From Phoronis australis (taxonomy: Eukaryota; Animalia; Phoronida): 64,000 nucleotides of DNA. This document shows positions 23,901 to 35,900 of this stretch, piece by piece. The stretch is from positions 1,141,133-1,205,132 of the forward strand of contig NMRA01000059.1 of the NCBI GenBank assembly GCA_002633005.1, read 5' to 3'. The notes beneath the pieces are model-generated. The model was not told where the DNA came from, did no database searches, and saw nothing but the letters and a program-made list of their open reading frames with translations. The first letter of the stretch is position 1; each line of letters starts with the position of its first letter. Made by a program: the position numbers and the translations under genes.

Positions 23901-26900
23901 TGTCTCTCGGTGCTTTGCTATGTAGCTGCACACCTGAAGAAAGGAGATTCGTTTCGACACTACAGGCGAATCAGTATCGGGCTTTCAAACAAAAAGTTTA
24001 GTTGTGCTTTCAACGAAATGTTGTGAAAGTAGAAAGTCTGTAGAAATTGATTTTTTACCTTATTCTAAATCTGCCAGTAATTGGTTTATGTGACCATGTC
24101 GTTTTAGTAAAATTTATCAAAAGAATGTACATTCATATCAAAACAATCAACTACATGACCGAATTATGTTTGATATACAGGATGTAATCTTTAAAACACT
24201 GAAGTTAGGTTTGGACATTTTGTTAGGTTCCTGCATAATCTTAACCATGTACAACTCCTGGATTTTTGGTTTACAATTGCCCTAAATATGGAATAGATTG
24301 TAACTGCTCTGTCTGCCTGTGGACGAAAGTAGTGCTGTTGCACTGAACAAGAGAAAATTGTCATGTTGCGTGATTTTTTGCGCCTTTTTTTAATATTAAT
24401 CTGCGTGTTAAAAGCGGCATCTTGTGTGTTCGTGATGTTGTTTTATTGGTCCTGCTTGAAACCCTTAAACTTGTCACAGTACACACTACAGAAAATGGGA
24501 CAGATGTTCTCTGTCACGAGGTGTGATTCGAACCGGAATTCCCTATCAGAGTGACTTGAATGGTCCATTGTGATGACATGAAATGGGGACTTTGGTCTGC
24601 AGTGTTTACATTTGTCATGTACAGTACAATATTCTATTGCATCCATTCAGGGCCAGCCAACAGTGCATTAGGACAATGTCATGCGACTATGCCCTCTGCA
24701 GTCTGTTTGCACCTGGTGATCGTCATGCCATCGTGGGTACAAAGTCGGGTCGGTTGCAGATTTACGACATAGCATCAGGGACAGTGTTGGAAACAGTTGA
24801 CGCCCACTCCGGGGCCGTGTGGTCTCTTAGTATGGCCCCGGATAAGGTATAATGCATTCTTTATTATCTGTGCTTCAGCTCCTGAAATCTAGTTCCACAA
24901 CTATTAACTAATAATCACAAATTTTGCATTGAATTTGAAACCATAGATTATGAGGGACGTGCCTGAAGAAAAAAGTTCCACTAGCGATGAATGTGGAAGC
25001 CTTATTGAAGTTGAGAATCGTGAAATAATTTGTTGCAAAACCACGCCGCACCAGAATGCAGATAGTAGCCGTGTAGGATGATCTGTCTATTCTGTTTTAT
25101 CCAGAAATGTTCCTTGAATGTTGACACTGTAGACTGAGTTAGTGCTGTTAGATTCAATACAAATCTGATTTGTTGTAGTTTACAGTGATCTAATTATTGT
25201 TGTATCAACTAACTGTTGTGGATTCATCAAGTTGTGCTTGTTTGTTTTAGTTAGCTTATTGACCTTCAGTGCCTTCCGTTGTTTAATTTTCATCGCTTTG
25301 TCTGTGCAGAGAGGGTTTGTATCTGGCAGTGCTGACAAGTCGGTGAAATTCTGGGATTATGAGCTGGTGTCCGACCCCGACTCCTCAACGACTGGCAAGC
25401 GACTTACTGTAGTTCATAAACGTACGTTACAAATGGATGAAGATGTATTAAGCGCGCGCTTCAGTCCCGACCACCGCCTCATCGCCGTGTCATTGCTGGA
25501 CAACACGATCAAAGTGTTCTTTGTAGACACGTTAAAGGTAATTTTTTAGAATATATAGGCCAAAGTAAAAATTGACCTGAAATCAAAACTCAAAAAATCT
25601 TTGTGCTCATTTAATGACAGGGCTTGGAATTTTCCGCGGAAACGCGGATTTCCGCTTTTTTTGAAATGTGCTTTCCGCTTTTTTTATAATATTTCCGCGT
25701 AAAAAAATCGGATTTGATATGAAATTTCCGCGGCAAATTCCTTTCTTACCGCGGCGTTGCAGACGACGTTCACCTCGGAAAGCGGAAGTTGCTCTTTATG
25801 TTTCGGAAGAACGTAAATTGTCAACATTGCCGGGGCATCTGGGTAAAGCGTGGTGTGATTTTAATCAATGGCGGCTCGTGTTATTGTTAAGCGCGGCGAC
25901 AAATACTACCGCTCTGCAGCCAAAATTGTGTGGGTTGGGAGTGGACGGGCGAGCTAAAAGGACGCAGACGCATGCTACTGATGGTGGTAACCTTTTTTTT
26001 TTTAAGTCCTCCCGATTTTTGTCGTGGAAAGGTTCACATTGACCATTTCAAAGGCTGGTTATCGGGCATGATTTGGGCCGTAAAAATTTCCGCGTTTCTT
26101 GTCATTGTTCATTCCAAGCCCTGTAATGAATTGATGTACCATATTACTTTAGCTCTATTTCTTTAAAGTTCACAAAACATTTTCAACTCGTGTAACAAAG
26201 CACGGATATACACAGGAATTTGTTTTCTGAGAAAAGATCAAGATGCCTCCGAGTTGTGCCATAAATTGTCAATTGGAACATGGCTGAACTGGGGCAAAAG
26301 ATAACTTCTAAAACATCTCTAGAGCAACACTGCCTCCCGTCACAGAAACATTTGTTTATTCAGGGCACTTATTTTTATGAAATTGATCTCAATTTGTTCA
26401 TTTGTCAAAATATGCATGATTTTGGGCTTGACAATAACTTAGAGCTCATTATTGCTCGAGATCAGGTTCAATAGGTCGACATGTTATGGCATGACATTTT
26501 TTCCCATATGCGTTGAATAAGTTCAGTGCAATACGGCCATTTGGTATTGTTTTCCGTATTGCACTTACGGGACTTCTTAAACAGTGCCCTCTGACATGGA
26601 AAGCTCACAACGTAGGTCAGTGTCTACTCGACATTTTTAGCTGGCTCGATCATCAAACTTTCCCAAAGTAGTTTAAAATATCAATAAAATTGCAGCAGTA
26701 TAAATAACACTTGACATAAAACCAGGTCCCAAACATAACATCTGGTTCAAAATTGTTTATTATTTAGCACTTCGGTCTCAGTTTTATTTACAATATATAA
26801 TATTGTCTGCAACTCAGGCATCAATTCCTCGGTAACTGCAATGTTAAATGCTATTTACTTATTTAGTTATTTTTTGAAAATGTTATAAGTTCAGTGCACA

Positions 26901-29900
26901 ATTAGCATTGTTTTCATCTTTGTTATCTTTTCTCAAGTAGTAAATCGCTATATTTAGTACTATAACATAATGCCTAGGTACACACACAAAAGGTTGTGAT
27001 CAGCCTTGTAAACAGTCTGGGTAAAGTATTTTAAAAATCTGCTGAAAAAATAAAAGAAACTTGAGGGTTCGCAGTGTAATATGTGATGAATACAAAACTT
27101 ACCTCGAAGCGTATGTGATGAATACAAAACTTACCTCGAAGCGTATGTGATGAATACAAAACTTACCTCGAAGCGTATGTGATGAATACAAAACTTACCT
27201 CGAAGCGTATGTGATGAATACAAAACTTACCTCGAAGCGTATGTGATGAATACAAAACTTACCTCGAAGCGTATGTGATGAATACAAAACTTACCTCGAA
27301 GCGTATGTGATGAATACAAAACTTACCTCGAAGCGTATGTGATGAATACAAAACTTACCTCGAAGCGTATGTGATGAATACAAAACTTACCTCGAAGCGT
27401 ATGTGATGAATACAAAACTTACCTCGAAGCGTATGTGATGAATACAAAACTTACCTCGAAGCGTATGTGATGAATACAAAACTTACCTCGAAGCGTATGT
27501 GATGAATACAACGCTTACCTCGATTAGTGTTGGTGAAATAATATCCCACTTGACCTTATTTCGCGTATCGACCTCGATTTTCGGTCTCTGTTGATACGCG
27601 GAATAGCGTCTCGTGATATTATTTCATCTAGGCCACTCTAGGTACGTTACGTGTATTTATTAACCAAGTATGGTCTATACGCTAACTAACCCACTCTAGG
27701 TACGTTATGTGTATTTATTAACCAAGTATGGTCTATACGCTAACTAACTGTCAGTTCTTAGTAAATCTAAATATCACCTCTCATCTGAAGAAAGCAACAA
27801 GTTGAGACCAAGTTTCACAGCAGTAAGTAGCCTAAATCAATAGTTGGTTTCTTTGACGAAACACCAATTTATTGCATCTTTAACCATTGAATGAACTAAA
27901 AGAGCTCTTACTTTTTTCAGTTTTTCCTATCTCTGTACGGCCACAAACTTCCCGTTCTGTGCCTGGATATCTCTTCAGATAGCACCCTGCTGGTCAGTGG
28001 GTCAGCTGACCGCAACATCAAGATCTGGGGTTTAGACTTTGGTGACTGTCACAAGTCCATATTCGCCCACGATGACAGGTACATTCTGCTTGTCGAACAC
28101 CGTGTCACATGTTGAAAATGAAAATATAGTTTGAATAGAGACAACAACTTTTCTAAAATGCATTGACATGTTTTGGGCGGTAAAACTTCCACCATTGTCC
28201 AGCTTTATGCAGAGATTGGATGGCACAATCTCTACAGGTACTATACATAAAAAATTGCAAAATGCGAAAATACCGGAACAGTATTGGCTAGCGTTCAGCT
28301 AATCGCAACTCGTGGGAAAATGTGAAAAAATGAAAATATACTGTGACGTGACAAGTGTGAACAGTCAGTTTGGCTTCACACTCTTTAAATGCAATGAGTG
28401 CAGTCTGAACATATATTGGGTGAAACTGTATCATAAATGCAATTAGTGCAGTCTGAACATATATTGGGTGAAACTGTATCATAAATGCAATGAGTGCAGT
28501 CTGAACATATATTGGGTGAAACTGTATCATAAATGACTCAAAGAGTAAACAATTTAAAAACAATTTGCAGTGTTGCTATTTTGTTAACTTGCTGAAAATA
28601 AAACAACAGAAATGTGCATCCCTATTAGACATAAAGACGAATCAGACAATCGTAAGAACAACTGAAGATTTGGGTAAGAAGGACGAAAATGAAAACCTTG
28701 GTGGCGATCAAAGAAATGCGTTTCGACTGATCCGTTATCGAATAACAGGTGCACAGTGAGCTACTTGCTCACTGCTATTCACTCCTGACATAATTGGTGA
28801 CCACGTGGTACATTTCTCGCTCTTTTTAATGAATTAATTATTATACCCCAATTTTGAGTTACTTAATAATGATGCTACAGTGGGAAATGAATTACACAAC
28901 TTACTTGGACTTTTTGAACTTGACACACTCTGTTTCATGTTGAAATGAATTACACAACATACTTGGACTTTTTGAACTTGACACACTCTGTTTCACGTTG
29001 AAATGAGTTGTTTTTATTGGAAATCAAATTTGATAGTTGCTTGCATACTGGGATGCCATCAATGCCATTATTGTCAACAACTTATTTGACCACGGAGATA
29101 CATTTAACTCAGGAACGGGGAGACGTCTGCTTAGACTGCTTTTTGTCAGTCTGTAGCTATTATTAGTCTCCCACACTTCTTCCTTCTCTCTCTGTGTTAT
29201 GTTGAGAAAGTGTATCTAAGCCAGTATTTTATACATTATAGTAGTGAAGACACTATTTGCTTGTTTTAATTATTGACACTGTGATTATGTAGAACCTTAT
29301 TGACACTGTGATTATGTAGAACCTTATTGACACTGTGATTATGTAGAACCTTATTGACACTGTGATTATGTAGAACCTTATTGACACTGTGATTATGTAG
29401 AACCTTATTGACACTGTGATTATGTAGAACCTTATTGACATGTCTGTGAAAATATCCATTTCAGCGTCATGTGTTTACAGTTCATTGCTAACACTCATCT
29501 GTTCTTCTCGGGTGGCAAAGACAAGAAACTGAAACAGTGGGATGCCGACAATTTTGAACATATCGTCACATTAGAGGTATTGTCATATGTTCTCGTATTG
29601 TCTTACGATCTCGTATTTTCACATGATCTCGTATTGTCACATGATCTAGTAGATTTTGTTGTCTGACTAGTGACATGCGGCACACAATACTTGAGGAGTT
29701 ACTATGTGCCAGTGGCCAGAATTGAAAACGGTCTGTTCAAGCAAATTTTTTGCTGATTTTGTCTGCTAAAATTTCTCTCAAGTGAGCGGAGCTAAAAGTT
29801 AGGCTATTTTTGCTTTCTTTCGATAAATTTTCAAGATTTTGGACTATTTTTGTAAAAAATTCTGCTGAAAGACTCCCGTGAACACGCCTTTTCTTTTAAG

Positions 29901-32900
29901 AAGCACTCAGGGCGTCAATGTTTGTTATGTGATGTGGATGGAGATAAAAAGTTTTTGGAGACGTGTTATAAAATTATCACTTTTGTAAGGTGGTATGTGC
30001 TTATGTCTCTCGCTAATGAGCAAAACAGGCACTACATTTCATCTCTGTCATTTTGGAGTGGAAAGGAGTTAGTGTGCGATTAAAATAATGCAGGTGTGTT
30101 GATGTGTCCCAGGCACAATGTTTTGAGCTTTGGACAAACCACATATCTCTCGTTTGTGCAGTGTATAGATAGATGTATGTATATAATTGTCATGTTTGTT
30201 TCGTACCCAGGGTCACCACGCTGAAGTTTGGTGTCTGGCGGTGTCTCCACTGGGGAAGCACGTGGTGACAGCGTCACACGATAAGTCGCTGCGCGTATGG
30301 GAAAAGACGCAGGAACCACTGGTGCTGGAGGAAGAGAGGGAAATGGTTTGTGCTGGCGCTGAACTTTTTACTGCTTTGGTGTCTCATTGGCTTTGTGGAT
30401 AGTTTGAAAGTTTGAATTGAGTATGATGGTGAACTTTGTAGGCTTTTATTTGTGCTTTGTAAGATCATAGGCAACAAATCATGTCTTTAAGGTTGTGTAC
30501 GACTTTATTGACAAATCTATACATTCAGTCAAATATCTGCAAAGCTATAAAATTTAACTCAGCACTCCTTTCTCCACTGTTCTACATAAGCTCAAGTCAG
30601 CATTTGTTAGTTATGTTCATTGTGAGTTACAAGTATGCCTTACGTGATGCAATAATTTATCCAGACAATGTTCTTGATATTCAAATTGTGGAATCTGTCT
30701 GTAAATATTTCTCTTGACATTACAGAACACCTGAATGAGTTTACATTAGTGCTTTGATTTATCATTGATGCATCTAATACAATGTCTGCGGTTATCTTTT
30801 CTCTCAGTCATTTGTTTCTTAAAAAGTCACTGCACAATGAATTGTGGGATAGGCTGTAGACAGTGCTCTAAATAAGTGGAAAGGTGATTCTGGTTAGGAA
30901 CTGAAACATGTTTGAATGTTAGTTGACGTGACGATGTAAAGAACATTATTACAAGTGTTTGGGTTTGATTGTAATGTCTCAGCTGCGCAGAATTTGTGTC
31001 TTCAACTGTGGATGGCTCATGCTCCTCTCGATTCTATTTCTGTGTAATCTTCATTCTTTTGATTTTGCCTATTTTTGCAGGAGAGAGAAAAAGAATTTGA
31101 AGAGGAAAACACTGGAGTTGAACCAGTGGTGAGTGGGAAGACTGGGTTTGTATTGTTTATTGTACAGTGATGTTTTCAAATAGTTACGTTAAGTGAGTTA
31201 AAAATGGTTTGTTAATCATTGGGATCAACATTGCACGTCGTTGGAATTCTTACCTTGTTGCAAGAACACCTGTTCGCAGCAACAATTTGGGCATTTTTTC
31301 TAAATTGTGATGTATCTTTTGGCCGACACATGTATTTGTATTCTATCCACACATGAAGTAACAAAATGTCAATTTCAGCTTGGTCTACAACTTGGTCTAC
31401 AACTCGGTCTACAACTTGGTCTACAACTTTGAATTTATCTGTTTTTTCCTAAGCCTCTGTTCTCAGTCGTTATCCCCCGTATTAAAGAGCCCTCGTGGAT
31501 TTTTGAGAATTATTGCCCGAGGGGCCATTCGAGGCTGATATTGTGGTATAAAAATTTGTACTAGCTTTGTGTCTGAAGTTGGTTTTTTGACACTGAAATA
31601 GCCAAAGGCAAGCTTGAAGTTTTCTCTGTATCCTTAATTTCATCAAATCGGATAATTTTTGTGTCTAATGCTTATTGTTTTTCTGTCTGCATCTGTAAGA
31701 ACATTTATCACTGCCATTCTTCTACAAACTTGTCAGCTGTGTTGTAGATTGCTGGCGAGACAAACACAGAACTTGGCATGGCCGGGAAACAAACGATGGA
31801 GACTGTCAAGGCTGTGAGTGTTGAGTAGCTTTCATTTAAACTTTGATGAAATTTTATTTTATAACGTGTAATATTGAGTCACAATCTGTTGTAATATGCA
31901 GATGGCTTATGGAGTAAACACAGCAAACAGTTTACAGTAACATTAAATGTTGTTTAGATTTGTCATGTTAACAGTTGAACGTGTTGTTGGTCGGCCCATA
32001 ATCTACCCATTATTGACAATGTGATCTTTTTAAGGCTGAGCGCATAATGGAGGCAATAGAGTTGTATAGAGGAGAGATGACCAAACAAAGAGAACATAAA
32101 GACGAATGCAAGGCTGCTGGAAAACAGGTGAAACATCACTCTAGTGATCAGTTGTCATAGTAACGGAAGAAGGGTGTAACCATTTTCAATAAAAGTTGAT
32201 GGATTTTGTCAAAATCTTTTTGTTTGATTTCCTCAAAATTGTGGTAAAAACCCAGAAGAAGGACCCAAGTCCAGTCCCAGACAAGTTATACACGAGTCAC
32301 ACCCGGGATCTGGGTCTGAAATGTGATCAATGAGTATGGAGGCATTGAGTGGTGCTGTCTAGGGATATGTGTCACAGGTCTGGTGTCTACTGGTACAGGA
32401 CTGGGATATGTGCCACAGGTCTGGAGTCTACTGGTACAGGACTGAGATTTACAGGCACGGTCATGGTATCGGTCCAAAACACAATTGAATGAAAATTGGC
32501 TGGATTGCGAAACGGCGGCATCAAAGTCCGCTGAATTTTGGTGGCAAGAAATAGTGTCATATTTACTGTGTATTTAGAAATATGTTTGTTTGGCATGTTG
32601 TCTATGGAAATGATGAAGTTATCATCTTTCTTCTTTTAATGTTAAAGCCATGTTGCACAACAGGTGTTGCTATGAAAAGTGTCCATTACCTCACATCAGA
32701 CCAAAGAAGGATATCCAGAAAACATGGAAAAATACAAGGCCCTCTGTTGGGCAATGATCGTCCAATATGCCGTTTTTTGGCAGAACAAGCAGCTTGAAGT
32801 CTCAGGAGTAGTTCTCTTGCATTGCTTTTGTTATTTCAAATTTTTACAAACACTTCGTCTTGGAACCAAAACGTGCAAAACATCTTGGATTACTGCTGTG

Positions 32901-35900
32901 GAGGTGGTGCACAAATAAGAGTTTACGACAAATTGATTGCGAAGCGTTTCACAAATGCATCGTTCATCACATATTGCTTGTTGCATTTCAAATACTTGCG
33001 TGGTCACTTTGATATTGTTTGCATATGTTCACTTGTGTGATTTCTTGTTTACCCACCAGGTGTCAGCCCCTCCACTCCACCCCCTCATGATGGCATATGG
33101 CATCACATCGCCAGACAAATATGTCCTGCATATCCTTCGTAAAGTCAAGTCCAGGTAAACTGTCATACGAATTCTGTCTTTTGTGTTTACTATTCACACA
33201 AGAATTGTTGCTTTAATATCCATTAGTGCAAGTTGAAGTTTAAAAAACACCATTTAACTGAAATACAGATTTGGCGGTTTTGAAGCCATCAGTGTTTTTA
33301 GATGCAGTTACTAAATGTACAGTGTACACCGTAATTATGCTAAAAGTATTCACAAAATGACTGCAATTCCTGGTTATGACTGATGGTTGGAAGACATGGC
33401 TAGAGTAGCCTGCCCTCATGACAGAGAATGAATTGACTGAAAAGTTAGTAAGATGGCTAAACCTTTCTGCATTTAGAGTTTTGATGCAATCATTTTTGCT
33501 TTTGACTGAATTAGCGGACAACACTGCATTTGATTACTTTTGTCATGTACTATATAGTATGTGCTGACCAGTTTTGAGCAGGGTAGGACTTTGAGCAGGG
33601 TGAGCCTTTGAGCAGGGTGAGCCTTTGAGCAGGGTGAGCCTTTGAGCAGGGTGGGACTTTCTTGACGAATTGGAGCAGCATGACATTTTTGCCAAGTCGG
33701 AAATTGGTAATATTGACTAACATGTTTTGTGCTGTGCAGGCTATGACAATGTGTTTGGCCTGTTTAGACTGCAACAATGTGTATGACCTGTGCAGACTGC
33801 AACAATGTGTACGACGTGTGCAGACTGCAACAATGATTATGACCTGTGCAGACTGCAGCAACGTGTTTGGCCTGTTTAGACTGCAACAAAGTGTGTATAA
33901 CCTGTAGAGTACAACAGTGGGTATGACCTGTGTGTTGCAGTGAACTAGAAGAGTCTCTCCTCGTCATCCCCTTCTCCTACATCGCTGACCTACTCCACCT
34001 GTTGCACACGTTCATCACCAATAGCTGGGAGACAGAGCTGAGCTGCAGATGTCTGCTCTTTCTACTCAAGTAGGTGTTGTCTGTTGGTCCAATGCTTTAT
34101 GGTTGTTTTGGTGGAGCTGGCAGAAAACTGAAGTTTTATTATTTTATCATCTGTAACTGTGTCTTGCATTACAACAGCACCAGGTGCTTTTGTTGGTCCA
34201 ACGCCTCAGGGTTATATTGGTGGGGCTGTCAGAAAACTGGTCAGTTTTATTATTACTTTATGATCTATAACTGAGTCTTACAATACTACAGCACTGCTCT
34301 AATTTTGTGACTTTTACACACAATTCTGTGAATCCACCTAAGGCTTATCCTACTGTTATCTATTGCTGCTCTTTTGATCAATTTCTTAATAATATCAAAA
34401 TTGTTACAATATGTTGTCTGTCAAGGATTTATTGAGCACTGCTGCGGCGGGACAAAAATGACCAAGTTCTAAGTATTAAAAAAATAAGACTATGACATCC
34501 ACTCACAGTATGAGATCCACTCACAGTATGACATCCACCCACAGTATGACATCCACTCCCAGTATGAGATCCACTCACAGTATGAGATCCACTCACAGTA
34601 TCACATCCACTCGCAGTATGACATCCACTCACAGTATGACATCCACTCACAGTATCACATCCACTCACAGTATGACATCCACTCACAGTATGACATCCTC
34701 TCGCAGTATGACATCCACTCACAGTATGACATCCACTCACAGTATGGCATCCACTCACAGTATGTCCATAGAAAACAGCATTGAGGTAACTGTGTATCTT
34801 GTTTACCAGGTTGTACTTATGTGCAGATATTTTAAATTCAGTTTTCTTGAAGCCTTACAAAGTATATATTTTCTGAAAGATGGATGAATTTCCTAACAAT
34901 TTATCATACTTATTTACTTATCTTTATTTTTTCAAGAGATATGCTTTTTTAGTAAAAAAATTTGAGATATTTTAAAAATATTGTTCCTCCAATCATATTG
35001 GTCTTACGTCGGCATTTTCGAGGGAACTGTGTCTCAGATTTTTAGATAATTTTGAGCAAAAACAGACGTACACTTGATTTTGGAAGGCTTCGTTCCAAAA
35101 AACTAGGACCTGTTTCAAAAATCTGAGACACAGTTCCCTGGAAAATGCAGTTATCACCATGCTGACAAAAAACTAATATGAGTGGAGGAACATTTTTAAA
35201 ACCTCCGTTCAAAGTCAAAAACATTTTGTTACTAAAGACGCGTGTCTTGTGAAAAATAAAGACAAGTAAATAAGAATAATACTTTTGTTAGGAAATTTAT
35301 TCATCTTTCAGAAAATATATACTTTGTAGGGGTTAGAGCGAACAGAATTTGGGATATTTGCACATAAGTACAACCTGGTAAGCAAGGTTTACAGATACCT
35401 TAACTTTCCTTATTTCACAATTTAATTTTTGTGACCGTCGCAAAATTGTATCCAGATATTTGACATTCTGTTAAATGGTTTGTCTCAAGGTAAAACTCAT
35501 ATTACTTAAATAGGGCTCCACATACCTTTATGAGTATGCCCCATGCTGTTTCATTAGTGATATCAAGAATGTTTACAAACTGGTTGTAATTCAGGTGAAG
35601 TAGCTTGTCTACAAAGCACTTTACTCTAATTGTCTGTCTGGTGTATCCATACTTCTACTGAACTGCACAAACTCTCCAGATAGTACTTAATGTCGATTGA
35701 TGAATCGTGACGAAGGTTATCGGTTATCACCGACTCGTCGCTGTAACGCTCAACTCAATACTCTCCTTGATTTTCGCTTGGACTGGCTGTCTGTATTGAT
35801 TGTTTGACTGATAAATTAGCAATTTTTGCATTATGATAAGAAACTTTCTATTTAATATTGAATGTGTGTTATGTCTGATTGGCATCTCTGTCTCATTTTG

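Noticed and set aside
23345-23925. Overlapping Cys/His-rich ORFs
   Set aside because: Translations of the 102-bp tandem repeat.
25668-26042. [16 protein letters not shown]..., also at 40154
   Set aside because: Chance ORF inside a MITE; its length differs between copies and it has no transposase motifs.
27081-27522. CRISPR-like array (32-bp repeats)
   Set aside because: No unique spacers; it is a simple minisatellite.
34429-34887. Repetitive ORFs (SGCHTV)n / (MTSTHS)n
   Set aside because: Translations of an intronic 18-bp minisatellite; not needed for the WDR3 frame.
35695-35815. Possible intronic C/D snoRNA (TGATGA...CTGA)
   Set aside because: No terminal stem or recognisable rRNA guide; boxes like these occur by chance.
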